This document shows positions 30,801-39,979 of a stretch of 40,811 nt of DNA, in pieces. This stretch comes from a virus. Numbering within the stretch: the stretch's first letter is position 1; the number at the start of each line of letters is the position of its first letter. Under the pieces are notes generated by a model. The model had not been told where the DNA came from, ran no database searches, and saw only the letters and a program-made list of their open reading frames with translations. The position numbers and the translations under genes were made by a program. The stretch spans positions 1 to 40,811 of IMG/VR virus record IMGVR_UViG_3300045988_159006; one strand, written 5' to 3'.

Positions 30801-33701
30801 GATGCTGGGGAGTGGGTTATCAACCGCAGGTCATCGGCCAAGCACCATAATTTGTTGCGTGCGATTAATGATGATTCCCCCAAGCTCAACAAGATCCTAG
30901 GGGGCGTGCAGGCTCTGGCTGATGGTGGGGTCGTCACCCCGGGCCAGCTTTTGCGTTTCGCTAAAGGTGAAACCGTCAACGGTAAGAAGGCCCCGCGGTC
31001 TCTCGAAGGCGCACCGTATGTTTTCGGCGGTGGCCTACTCGCTAACTGGGGTGACTGTAGCGGTGCGATGAGTGGCCTGGCCGCACTAGCTGTGGGGTGG
31101 CCACTCGACGGCCGCAAATTCGCCACTATGGACGAAGGCCCCGTGCTGGCCCGCATGGGGTTCAGCACCGGCCTGGGCAGTGGCGGCCCCCGGTTTTCCA
31201 TCGGCTGGCTCAACGGCGGCCCCGCAGGTGGCCACACCTCAGGCACCATTCATTTCACCGACGGCCAAGCTGTCAACGTCGAAATGGGTGGCGGCCGCGG
31301 CGATGGTCAAATCGGCGGTGGGGCAGCACCAGCATCCCACCCCCAGTACACCAACCATGCCTACCTGCCGCTCATCGCCGGGCAGATCGTCACCATCAAC
31401 GGCAAAGACTACGACCCTGCCGACTTTTTGAACCTTGGGGATGATATCGAATCCACGTCTGTGGATGGGGTGAAAACCAGCCGCGGTAACGTTTCGTGGG
31501 GCAAAGCCCAGTCCTTGTTTGACCAGGCCAAAAGGTACGTGCAGTACGGGCCGAAGTTCGACACCGGCGGCCGGTGGCCATCCGGCGTTCGAGGACGGAA
31601 CGAATCCGGCGCCGATGAGCTAGTGCTCACAAACCAGCAGTGGCGGCACCAATCGTCCATCGCCAAGGCCCTACCTGAAATTGGGAAACAGAACGCTACT
31701 GCGGCGAAAATCCTCATGGCAGCAGGCGAAAAATTCGACAAAGCCGCTGGGGAAATCTCCACCGCGGCAAAGCTCTTCGCCCACGACGCCGAAGACGCTC
31801 GGGTGGTCGTGCAAGCCGAAGGCCGCCATTTCGGTGGCGGCTGGTTGGACTCCGCCGAAGTTGTGAGGGACGCCGAAAAGGGCCTGTATGATCTGCGGAA
31901 AAAGATCGCCACCGAGACTGACGGCATCAGCAAAGCCGAAAAAGAGCTTGCCGACGCCAAGAAGGAGCTGGCGAAAACCGAGAAAGAAGGCGCCGCGGTA
32001 TCCAAGGCTGATAGGCGAAAACTGGAGGACGCCGAAAAATCCCTGGCTGACGCCAGGAAAAAAGGCAAAGCCGACCGCATCGCCGACGCCGAGAAGAAAC
32101 TCGCCAGAGTACGGGAAGATATTGGCGACAACCTGGAAAAATCCACCGACAAAAACGCCAAAGCGGTCAAATCCGCCCAGGAAAAGGTCAACAAGGCTGA
32201 GGACAAACTAGCGGCGGCCCGTGCCGCCCAGGCTGAATCCCTCGCTGATCTAGAGGCGGCAGAACGCACGGTGGCGGCATCCCGCTACCAGGCAGCCAGC
32301 GAGATTGCCGAAAAGATCGGCGGCTCCCTCGCAGCCGGCATTGGGCACATCGCAAGTTTTTTCTCTGAAATAGAGAAAGCAGCCGGCATCGTGGACAAGA
32401 CCCGGCAAGAAGTTTCCAAGCTGGAAATGCAGCAGCAAACCAACGCCCTCACCAGGGTGAAAACACTAACTGAGCTGCAGATCAGGGAGCGGGATATAGA
32501 GCGCACCCGTGCCCGCGGCATCGTGAGCATTGCCCAAGCGGAAGCCGCGCTCGCCGAGGCCCGTAAGCAATCCGCCCTCATGGGGTCCACCAGCGTGGAA
32601 GCCATGAAAGGTGCAATTGACCGTTTCTACCGCACCGGTAAATTCACCGTCGAAGATTTGACCGCATCCGTGGTGGCAAACACCAAAGAAATCCAGGCCG
32701 CCGAATGGGGGGTTCGGGTCGCAAGGGCCCAAGCCGCAGTCGACGACCTGGAAGCGGCTAAAGCCCACTCCGACGCCCAGCATGAGGCGCTAGAAGCAAC
32801 GCTGAAACAAACCGCGGCAGCGCAGCTGCTGCGGGCCCAAACCACGGCCCTTGCCGAGCAAACTGCTAGCCTATACGGCATGACTGCCAACCAGGCCCAA
32901 GGCGCATCCAAAGGCTTCGGCGGGGTATCTAAGCTGGTAGGCGGCATCGGTAAGCTCCTAGCCGGCGCCGCCGCTGGGGTTGCTGGGTTCACCGTTGGCG
33001 GGCCACTAGGCGCCCTAGCAGGCGCCGGCATGGCGCTAGGCGGCCTGAAAGATCTAGTGCAGGGCGGCATTGATCTCCACCAAAACAAGGACTCCGTCAA
33101 GGAAGCTTGGAAGAACCTAGGGACGGCTGAAAAAGCCGCCCTGGTTCTGGGGTCCGCGGGCGGTGCCGCTCTCACTATCGGCGGCGGCGTGCTCTCCCAA
33201 CAATACGGAGTAGAAGCCGCCACCGGTGGCGCCAAGCTCGGCGAGCAGTTCATGGAGAGCACGATCGGCGCACTCCAGTATGGTATCAGCGGCAGGATCG
33301 AAAAATCCCAACGCCAAACCGAAGACCGGCTCACCGCTATCCAACGCCAGATCGACCAGAACAACCTCAACCTGGAGCTAGACCGAGCCACCAAGGCGGT
33401 GGAATACCTCCGGCAAAAAGACAAACTGACCGCCGAACTGGAATATGCGAAACTCAAACAAGAGATCGAAAAAACCGACGACGAAAAAGTGCGGAAAGCA
33501 CTCGCCGCCGCCGCGGAAGTAGAACGCCTCCGCTCACTCGCCACAACCACCGAGGTAGCACAAACCGGAGAACTACGGCAGCTCAACGCCACCCTGGCCG
33601 AACTCCTCGCCGTCACAAAACGCTCACTCGCTACCGGCTCCGGGCAAGTCGGCCAGCTATCGGCAGTTGATGCGGTGCGCTACGAGCGAGCCCGAATCTA
33701 G
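27867..33701 (+). CDS. Tape measure protein with embedded NlpC/P60-like motif
   Basis: 1944 aa. Ala/Gly-rich helical protein downstream of G/GT. Internal PYVFGGGLLANWGDCSG (about 31000-31070). Confidence 0.9.
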   Translation: MGAELGTGYISIIPEVSKISPTIAKALGSVESEAERRGGSWGSKLAAGVGKTLKAGALATGVAAGGLIGTAMAKGMGRLTAIENAQQKLLGLGNDTKTVAGVMNDALSSVKGTAFGLGEAASVAAGLVAAGIKPGQQLETTLKTVGDTAAIAGRSMQDVGVIFGSIAARGKLQGDDMLQLMASGIPVLQLLAKQTGKTSAEISDMVSKGKIDFETFEKAMRAGMGGSALKMGESFTGAAANAQAALGRLGATALKPFFGLAKDGLVAATGAIDGLETKIKPVAADIDTFLQQRLVPGLKDAKSAVTNFMQSDQGKGMLTGVQAAFTDALDAGKALAPVVSTVATALGQASAALGVSTWNIFLGTLHAASGVLVALAPSLQSVADLLKAHPGLLAAAMAGWAAFRTVPGIVGGITTTVGQYTSKLSEMRGHVSSLSEMRGQISSIQKFYRDAGVEMDRVGATTHYLTGAQSGLAAAVLKAEAAVQQGSPALKTFAEKHTEAAHTARAALGSIGDAAVGVARGGFSLLKSGAEGLLGALGGPWGLALTGAAAALTLFASENEKAAKAEQQHKNNVDDLKNSLNGIEEAATRSVMVQRASSEGLIDLASKAGIASSTVVDAMMGQASGLEAIQGKAESIVTAFMHAHPQLQQAKISADDLEAALNGNKDAALGVATALADLDDGSLKAKQSAAESFAKWKEGLTDADLATLKLAESTRGANNDLEEATRQHEAEAAAMTNAAKEADAAAQIYSILGDKIKSIPDNKTIKVESDAITDETKQKLEAMGAKVSEPFEGQVTIDFPDAFSIISLLDQMGVKLSSLDGYIHIDNAEVPGTIEKLDALGLKTKTLPGGKVVIDSNDPDVKTRMLDLGILVKDKRTGEVKINDNVPEVIKRIHGLSGQNTTSRHTISVETVYVGGGRPALLPDGSPARRVMGGVVGFAAGGLFGTPAGYRLPLSGPGTTEVDGFQGVDRQGRPTARVDAGEWVINRRSSAKHHNLLRAINDDSPKLNKILGGVQALADGGVVTPGQLLRFAKGETVNGKKAPRSLEGAPYVFGGGLLANWGDCSGAMSGLAALAVGWPLDGRKFATMDEGPVLARMGFSTGLGSGGPRFSIGWLNGGPAGGHTSGTIHFTDGQAVNVEMGGGRGDGQIGGGAAPASHPQYTNHAYLPLIAGQIVTINGKDYDPADFLNLGDDIESTSVDGVKTSRGNVSWGKAQSLFDQAKRYVQYGPKFDTGGRWPSGVRGRNESGADELVLTNQQWRHQSSIAKALPEIGKQNATAAKILMAAGEKFDKAAGEISTAAKLFAHDAEDARVVVQAEGRHFGGGWLDSAEVVRDAEKGLYDLRKKIATETDGISKAEKELADAKKELAKTEKEGAAVSKADRRKLEDAEKSLADARKKGKADRIADAEKKLARVREDIGDNLEKSTDKNAKAVKSAQEKVNKAEDKLAAARAAQAESLADLEAAERTVAASRYQAASEIAEKIGGSLAAGIGHIASFFSEIEKAAGIVDKTRQEVSKLEMQQQTNALTRVKTLTELQIRERDIERTRARGIVSIAQAEAALAEARKQSALMGSTSVEAMKGAIDRFYRTGKFTVEDLTASVVANTKEIQAAEWGVRVARAQAAVDDLEAAKAHSDAQHEALEATLKQTAAAQLLRAQTTALAEQTASLYGMTANQAQGASKGFGGVSKLVGGIGKLLAGAAAGVAGFTVGGPLGALAGAGMALGGLKDLVQGGIDLHQNKDSVKEAWKNLGTAEKAALVLGSAGGAALTIGGGVLSQQYGVEAATGGAKLGEQFMESTIGALQYGISGRIEKSQRQTEDRLTAIQRQIDQNNLNLELDRATKAVEYLRQKDKLTAELEYAKLKQEIEKTDDEKVRKALAAAAEVERLRSLATTTEVAQTGELRQLNATLAELLAVTKRSLATGSGQVGQLSAVDAVRYERARI

Positions 33702-33721
33702 CAGAAAGGAAAGGAGGCACC

Positions 33722-34501
33722 ATGATTGACCGGCGCTACCTGGTGCGGTACATCGCCCCCACCGGTAAATCTTGGGAGCTTTCATCCAGCACTTGGATAG
33801 CAGGCATCCGCAGAGCAGGCATCAAAGAGCTGATCGGCAGGCCCGAAGCCACCGGCATCGAAACTCTCGGTGTACCAGGCAGAGCAATCGAAGGCCTCCG
33901 ATTCCCAGCCATCGAAGGTTCCCTCGACCTTTTTGTGCGCGCCGGGCAGGGCCGGCATGCCCATGATATTTGGGCAGAGTTCCGGCATGGTTTCTCCATC
34001 CTCCCGCCGTTGGGCACGCTCCAGATCGAGTCACCCATGGGCACCATGCACGCCCAAGTGAGGCTCAACGGCGCCCCATCTGATCTAGAAGTTGATGATG
34101 CTACGGCCGACATGTGGGCCCTATCCATACCGCTTGCCATTGATACCGGCTACTGGGAAACGACCCCATTCCGAAAACCCGGGAGCGTCACTGTGACAAA
34201 TTCAGGCCAGGTGTATACATGGCCCGAAATCGTGTGGGAAGGGGCCGGCGGGAAAGTAACACTCCCCTCCACGGCGGAATTCACCCTACCTACCGTGGAC
34301 TCTACCCGCCGGCTGCATTTGGATCCGCAGAGATCCCACCAAGTACTCAACGGCCTAGGCGTACGGGATGATGATCTCTGGCGCCGAATCCGGGGTCAAA
34401 TCATTTCCGAAGGTGTACCCCCGGGGCAAAGCAGGCAATACGCATTGCCGGCCGGGGCGTTTCTGGAGTGGCGGATAGGAGTGCTCGACCCATGGCGATG
34501 A
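33722..34501 (+). CDS. Distal tail protein (Dit-like) / minor tail protein
   Basis: 259 aa. First gene after the tape measure gene. Confidence 0.6.
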   Translation: MIDRRYLVRYIAPTGKSWELSSSTWIAGIRRAGIKELIGRPEATGIETLGVPGRAIEGLRFPAIEGSLDLFVRAGQGRHAHDIWAEFRHGFSILPPLGTLQIESPMGTMHAQVRLNGAPSDLEVDDATADMWALSIPLAIDTGYWETTPFRKPGSVTVTNSGQVYTWPEIVWEGAGGKVTLPSTAEFTLPTVDSTRRLHLDPQRSHQVLNGLGVRDDDLWRRIRGQIISEGVPPGQSRQYALPAGAFLEWRIGVLDPWR

Positions 34502-35364
34502 CGATAGGGCAATGGTGGCAGCACGCTAGGCACCGGGCTATGGTGGCGGACGATTTTGGGCAATGGATCGGGCTGCTGGATGAAAACTGTGAACCGCTTT
34601 TCGATTGCCCACCACCAATAGAATTTTCGGCCCCCGCCACCCGGGGCGCCCCGGTATCATGTCGGTTCCTCCACAAAGTAGCAGACGGCGTTAGTGGGGC
34701 AGTACACCCGTTAGCGGATGAACTGATTGCCGATTTCGGCGCAGCCCAAAACGGGCAACTCATCGACGCCGCAGGGCCCAGCCGCTACATCATGGTGGAG
34801 CGCCCAGGCTTCCGCAGGGTGTATCGGATCACCCACACCGTGGCCAGGGGTACTTTCCACACCCCGACTCTCGTGGAAATCAATGGTACTGACTTGCTTT
34901 CGATCCTGAACCGGCATGTGGCATGGTCAAACCCCCAAGCGCTTCGAACAGGTAGCTTCCAGACGTTTACCCGCGACTGGGTAGGCGACCCCACCAAGCT
35001 GGACCTGTATAAAACACCCCGCGATTTGATGCACTACCCCATGGTCACCGCCACCGATGGGGTAACCATGGAAGGGCCGGCTGAAACCGTGATCCGCAAC
35101 GTTATCGCCACCTCCTTGGAGATTGGATTCAAGCTGTGGGGGAAGACCCAGCGGATTGTGGTGTCGACGGCATCCTCCGGGCTACCATCCCCACACCTGG
35201 TGTACACCGCTGACGACCAGCCCCTCTGGGACTCCATAGGGGCCCTAGCGCTCCAGGCAGGTATCACCGTCACCTGTGACCTGTGGTTCCCATCCGACCC
35301 CCAACCCATAGGGGTGAAACTCCTCACCCAACCCACCATGATAGTTCGCGTCACCCAAGGCTAG
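34492..35364 (+). CDS. Minor tail protein
   Basis: ATG at 34492 in ORF 34468-35364. Overlaps the Dit stop. Confidence 0.55.
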   Translation: MAMTIGQWWQHARHRAMVADDFGQWIGLLDENCEPLFDCPPPIEFSAPATRGAPVSCRFLHKVADGVSGAVHPLADELIADFGAAQNGQLIDAAGPSRYIMVERPGFRRVYRITHTVARGTFHTPTLVEINGTDLLSILNRHVAWSNPQALRTGSFQTFTRDWVGDPTKLDLYKTPRDLMHYPMVTATDGVTMEGPAETVIRNVIATSLEIGFKLWGKTQRIVVSTASSGLPSPHLVYTADDQPLWDSIGALALQAGITVTCDLWFPSDPQPIGVKLLTQPTMIVRVTQG

Positions 35365-35386
35365 CCGGCGCAGATAGGAGGAGATC

Positions 35387-36448
35387 ATGGCCGAAAAAAC
35401 CGACGTCATCCTCATTGCTGACGGTGGCGACCTCACCGTAGGCCGCCACATGCCCGCCTACACCTACGGTAGCTTCGACGTCACCATACCCGCCGACAAA
35501 CAACAGGAACAACCCGCCGAAAACCGGCTCCGCAACGGCTACATCTACCGCCCACCCAATGCTGGCGCAGGGGCTTTCGACGTGGGATTTGTACGCGCCG
35601 ACGTCACCCTCAACATGAACGGCAAATCCTCCAATCTTGAGGCCGTAGTAGACGCAGCCCAAAAACGAGTCGACGGCAATTTGTTCTTCGAACGCGACAT
35701 CACCGGCCGCGGCCTCGGCGCCTACGAACCCGGCGCGGATTTCCGGCTTGGGGATGTGGTTTTGGTGGAGATTTGGGGCAGGCGCATCAAGGTGCCGGTG
35801 ACCGCTATTGACCTCATTGGCAATAGCCAGGAGGGGGCTAGGGGCTGGCGGGTTCATGTGGGTGGGCAGATGATATCCGATGCTGAGGCCCTGAAAACCC
35901 ACAATAATGCCATCTGGGAGCGCATAAACCAGGAGCGCGCAGAACGGCTGCGCGCGGTCGGGGCGGTGCAGAAGACCGCCACTACGGCGGTAACCGCGGC
36001 TGGTGTGGCCGATGTGAAAGCCGCCACAGCAGATACCAAAGCCGATAACGCAGCGGTTGCCGCTGATGATGCTGATAGGAAAGCTAGGGAAGCCGACCGA
36101 AAAGCTATTGAAGCCCTGCAAACCACGATCACTGGCATGCCCCGCATCCTCCATATCGACACCGGAGATATCAATCTTTTCACCGGATCTAGCGGAAAAA
36201 TTAACTCCGGCACCGAATGGGGCACCTTGCAGTGGCTTGCGGCAGGAATCCGGCCTCGCAGCGGCGCCCGCTTTGAGGCCAAAGGCAACTGGGTTGGATC
36301 CATTCTCATGATCGCGGTATCCGACCAGGGTGCAACAGATGTGAGCTGCGCCAATATCACCGCCGGAAACCGATATCATGATTCGGCAACCGGTGGGCTT
36401 TTCCAAGCGTATAAATCGGCTACGGTTTTCATCCTCCCCAACGTATAA
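35387..36448 (+). CDS. Minor tail protein (siphovirus Gp37-like)
   Basis: 353 aa with FRLGDVVLVEIWGRRIKVPVTAI and a central Ala-rich coiled coil. Confidence 0.55.
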   Translation: MAEKTDVILIADGGDLTVGRHMPAYTYGSFDVTIPADKQQEQPAENRLRNGYIYRPPNAGAGAFDVGFVRADVTLNMNGKSSNLEAVVDAAQKRVDGNLFFERDITGRGLGAYEPGADFRLGDVVLVEIWGRRIKVPVTAIDLIGNSQEGARGWRVHVGGQMISDAEALKTHNNAIWERINQERAERLRAVGAVQKTATTAVTAAGVADVKAATADTKADNAAVAADDADRKAREADRKAIEALQTTITGMPRILHIDTGDINLFTGSSGKINSGTEWGTLQWLAAGIRPRSGARFEAKGNWVGSILMIAVSDQGATDVSCANITAGNRYHDSATGGLFQAYKSATVFILPNV

Positions 36449-36472
36449 CGGCACTATTTAAGGAGTATTATC

Positions 36473-37645
36473 ATGCCCACCATTACCGGCGATTTAAGGC
36501 TCGTAACCCAAATCCCCGCGGGTGCCACTCATTTGCATATCCATGCTCCCCAAACCCGGGTTACCGGCAGCACAGTAATCCTCACCGACCCCGATATCAT
36601 TCAGGTGAAACCCGATGGCACCTTCACCACCACTATTGAGCCAGGTGAAGCTATCTGCATTCCCGCCTACTCCGGCACCATGGGGCTCCCAATCCCCATC
36701 CTTGTGAAACCAGAAACCACAACCTTTGCCGAAGCCGTACGGAACGCAGGGAACCTTACCGCCGACGAACGCGACTCCGTCATCAACATGTACCACGAAA
36801 TCGTGGCATCCCAACAAGCCGCAGCAGCCGCCGCCAGCCGCGCCGGGGCGAAAGCCACCGAAGCAGCCATTCACGCTCAAGCGGCAGCGAAATCCGCCAC
36901 CGAAGCAGCAGCGGCTATCCCCCCGGCAACCGCCACAACCCAAGGCAAAATCCGCCTAGCAGGAGACCTCACCGGCACCGCCGATAACCCTAAAATTATT
37001 ACAGCGGGTAACTCAGCGTGGAGTATTACCGCCGATGCGCATCCCGCTAAAGCGGGCTTTGTAAAAACGCAACCCGACGGTCAAATCCATATCGAAACCC
37101 CCAGCATCACTAGTTACTGGCATGCTGTTAATAAAAAATACGTTGACGACCAGATAAGCACCAGGGCGCCAGTGGGCCATACCCACAATCTGAGTACTAT
37201 CAATGGAGTGCCGGATAAGGCAACCCCAGTAGTCGATACTGAAGGTGTGACTACGATCATGACCAGGGACAACACTGGGCGCTCTGAAGTCGCTGATCCG
37301 ATTGATCCGAAAGACATTGCGAATAAGCAATACGTTGATCGTGAGATGTCCAAATTGGCCTACATTACGGAAGCAGTCTCTCTGACTGGCCACGTCACTG
37401 CCCGTAGGCTGGGGCGTTGGGTTTTTATCAATGTTCGAGACGCCCCGATAGGCCATAAAGGTAAACTGCCTGAAAAATTCCACCCCGTAGATGACATAGA
37501 CTTCTTCCTCACCGTACCCAATCGCCGCGGATACCCTGGCTTCTGTAATATCCTCGCCAATGGCAGTGTCGAAATCGGCTTTTCAGGAGATACCAGCAGT
37601 TCCGATCGTGGATTCGGATGCGCTACCTACCTCGCAAAACTCTAG
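36473..37645 (+). CDS. Tail fibre / receptor-binding minor tail protein
   Basis: 390 aa. The ATTQGKIRLAGDLTGTADNPKI motif is common in actinophage fibre proteins. The C-terminal half has lower GC. Confidence 0.6.
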   Translation: MPTITGDLRLVTQIPAGATHLHIHAPQTRVTGSTVILTDPDIIQVKPDGTFTTTIEPGEAICIPAYSGTMGLPIPILVKPETTTFAEAVRNAGNLTADERDSVINMYHEIVASQQAAAAAASRAGAKATEAAIHAQAAAKSATEAAAAIPPATATTQGKIRLAGDLTGTADNPKIITAGNSAWSITADAHPAKAGFVKTQPDGQIHIETPSITSYWHAVNKKYVDDQISTRAPVGHTHNLSTINGVPDKATPVVDTEGVTTIMTRDNTGRSEVADPIDPKDIANKQYVDREMSKLAYITEAVSLTGHVTARRLGRWVFINVRDAPIGHKGKLPEKFHPVDDIDFFLTVPNRRGYPGFCNILANGSVEIGFSGDTSSSDRGFGCATYLAKL

Positions 37646-37669
37646 CCCAGACAGAAAGGCTCATTACTC

Positions 37670-38074
37670 ATGTCATTGCAAGATTTTAAAAACAGTACCC
37701 AGGCCCTCACTATGGAGGAATGGCAGGAGTTCCTGGGCTGGTGTGTGGCTGAGGAGCGGCCGCGCCGGGAGATGCTACAAGCCCAGGAAGAAGCACGCGC
37801 CCGGCTTATCATGCACCTGCGTGAGCTAGGGGAAATCCCCGCCCCCGACGCACTGCGGGAACCACCCCGGCATGTGGAAGACGCCCCCGAGTGGCAGCAC
37901 CCCAAAGACGAACCGCAAAACTGCTACGTTCAGGGCGATATCATCCAGTACGAGGGCAACCTCTACCGAAGCGTATACCCGCATCTGAACTGTTCGACCC
38001 CCGGCGCTGATGGTAAATGGTTACGCATTGAGCCTGCGCCGGAGCCTGCCACACCACCGGAAGAGCCCCAATAA
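37670..38074 (+). CDS. Hypothetical protein with C-terminal CBM5/12-like carbohydrate-binding motif
   Basis: 134 aa. YVQGDIIQYEGNLYRSVYPH......GADGKWLRI. Confidence 0.45.
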   Translation: MSLQDFKNSTQALTMEEWQEFLGWCVAEERPRREMLQAQEEARARLIMHLRELGEIPAPDALREPPRHVEDAPEWQHPKDEPQNCYVQGDIIQYEGNLYRSVYPHLNCSTPGADGKWLRIEPAPEPATPPEEPQ

Positions 38075-38167
38075 ACAAACCCCCCATCAAACCCTGGAAC
38101 GTCCTATCGCTTGGGCGCACCGGGGTTTTCGCATGGGCGCAATCTAAATGAAGAAGGAGAAAGTAAT

Positions 38168-39604
38168 ATGACTGTGATGCCTGTTGAAGCGGGCTTTTAC
38201 GTGACCAGTGGTTTTGGACCGCGGGAGGGGGGTGAGTTCCACTATGGTACGGATTTCGGCCGTGATGGTGGTAGTGGTAACCACTTGGTTTTCGCTATCC
38301 GGCCGGGTACTGTGCAGTACGCCGGGCAGGCTGCTGGTTTCGGCGAGTGGGTGACAATTGACCATCCGGCTGATGTGGGTGGGGGCTATAGTGTGTACGG
38401 GCATGTGATCCCCGAGGTGGTGGCTGGCCAGTGGGTAGGGGAGGGGCAGCGGATTGCCCGCATCAACCCTAATCCAGCGACAAACGGGGGTTTCCCACCG
38501 CACCTGCACTTGGAGTTTCACCGGTTTGTGTGGGCGCCGCCCGGCCCTGACCGTATCGACCCCATAAGTATCCTTGCGGGTGCCCCTTACCCGGATAGTG
38601 GGGCATTGGCGGCGGCTGCGTCCTTTGGCGATCCGCTGTTTGGTGTGGATGTGAGTGAGCATCAGGATGGCATGAGCCTCCAGCAAGCCGCTCGTGAAGG
38701 CGTCAGTTTCGCTATTATCCGCACCACGGATGGCACCTATCGGGATCGTTGCTACCGCAGCCACCTGGAGGATGCTGAAGCCGCAGGTATGCTCACCGCC
38801 GCCTACCACTACCTGCGGAACCCTGCCGAGGGCACCAGTGTCCAGGAGCAGGTGGACGCTTCACTAGTGGTGATGGGGGACGCTATCCGGCCTATGTGGC
38901 TTGACGTTGAGACCGAGGCGGGGCTCTCGGTGGAGCATATCCGTGCCGCTAAACAGTGCTTTGAGGCTGCTGGGGTGCGGGTGTGCGGTGTGTATTCGTA
39001 TGTGCCCTACTGGGAGCGCAGGATCGCAGGCGGCGAGCCGGACAGCGGCGAGTTCGGCGCCCTTTGGGTGGCGGCCTATGGGCAAAACCCCCACGGGGCG
39101 CCAAGCCTTATCTACCCGGGTAACTCGCACCCACAGTGGGATTATCCGCTGGGTAACCAAAAGCCTCAGATTTGGCAGTACGGGTCCAACGCTTTGGTGG
39201 CGGGCTTTGCTGTGGATATTAATGCTTTCCGCGGCACCCGCGATGAATTGCGCACAATTTTCTACGGGGGTGTTACACCCCCAAACCAACCAACTAAGGA
39301 GGATTTTCTCATGGCACTCACCGACGCCGAACAGCGCGAGCTCCTACAGCTCGCCCGCGAAATCGCAACCCAACTCCAGGGCCCTCGGCAGGAAGACCTA
39401 CCCGACGGGCGGAAAAACCCGGCAGGTGGCCGCGGGTGGCCACAACTCGGAGCCACCTCCACCGGCCAATACCACACCCTGGTTGACGGGCTCGGCGAAA
39501 CCCAAGCGGACGTGAAAGCCCTACTCGCCTGGGCTGCTGCTCAAAGCGGCACCACCATCGAGGCCATCAAAAACCACTACGCAACCACACAGGAAGGAAA
39601 ATAA
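38168..39604 (+). CDS. Endolysin: M23 peptidase + GH25 muramidase + C-terminal domain
   Basis: ATG at 38168 after gaaggaga. M23 motifs HYGTDF and HLHLEFH. GH25 motifs FGVDVSEHQ and WLDVE. Confidence 0.88.
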   Translation: MTVMPVEAGFYVTSGFGPREGGEFHYGTDFGRDGGSGNHLVFAIRPGTVQYAGQAAGFGEWVTIDHPADVGGGYSVYGHVIPEVVAGQWVGEGQRIARINPNPATNGGFPPHLHLEFHRFVWAPPGPDRIDPISILAGAPYPDSGALAAAASFGDPLFGVDVSEHQDGMSLQQAAREGVSFAIIRTTDGTYRDRCYRSHLEDAEAAGMLTAAYHYLRNPAEGTSVQEQVDASLVVMGDAIRPMWLDVETEAGLSVEHIRAAKQCFEAAGVRVCGVYSYVPYWERRIAGGEPDSGEFGALWVAAYGQNPHGAPSLIYPGNSHPQWDYPLGNQKPQIWQYGSNALVAGFAVDINAFRGTRDELRTIFYGGVTPPNQPTKEDFLMALTDAEQRELLQLAREIATQLQGPRQEDLPDGRKNPAGGRGWPQLGATSTGQYHTLVDGLGETQADVKALLAWAAAQSGTTIEAIKNHYATTQEGK

Positions 39605-39606
39605 TC

Positions 39607-39855
39607 ATGTGGACTAAAATATTCTGGATCGACGCGGCAGACCGCGCCCTCCGTACCTTCGCCCAAGCCCTGCTCGCAACCATTACTGTTGGAGATGCTA
39701 TCTACCACGTGGACTGGACAGCAGGGCTAGGCATCGCAGCTACCGCCGCAATCGCATCCCTGCTTACTTCCGTGGCCACATCGAAAGTCGGTGATGCCGG
39801 CACTGCCGCCATCATCACCCCAACCCCTCACACCAGCGGTGAACACGCAGCATGA
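39607..39855 (+). CDS. Holin (r1t-type-like)
   Basis: 82 aa with DAADRALRTFAQALLATI plus a second TM helix. Directly after the endolysin. Confidence 0.65.
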   Translation: MWTKIFWIDAADRALRTFAQALLATITVGDAIYHVDWTAGLGIAATAAIASLLTSVATSKVGDAGTAAIITPTPHTSGEHAA

Positions 39856-39962
39856 TTGACAACATCACCACCCTCATGGACGCAATCGGCGCGCTCATCC
39901 GCAGCCTTGACCCAGTGTTGGTAGCAGCAGTCATTGACGCGGCATCGGCATTATCCGCCTAA
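39852..39962 (+). CDS. 36-aa hydrophobic peptide (below ORF-track cutoff)
   Basis: ATGA overlap with the holin stop. MIDNITTLMDAIGALIRSLDPVLVAAVIDAASALSA. Confidence 0.35.
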   Translation: MIDNITTLMDAIGALIRSLDPVLVAAVIDAASALSA

Positions 39963-39979
39963 ACAGATTGGAGGAACCC

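Noticed and set aside
27890-33616. Series of long minus-strand ORFs (293, 271, 306, 286, 329 aa and others) inside the tape measure gene
   Set aside because: All are antisense or alternative frames of a 5.8-kb Ala/Gly-rich gene. Their composition is Ser/Arg/Pro/Ala-rich. A single uninterrupted plus-strand ORF explains the region.
35351-36454. 367-aa minus-strand ORF opposite the Gp37-like minor tail gene
   Set aside because: It mirrors a plus-strand gene that has an RBS and operon context. No motifs are visible, and it looks like a GC-driven open frame.
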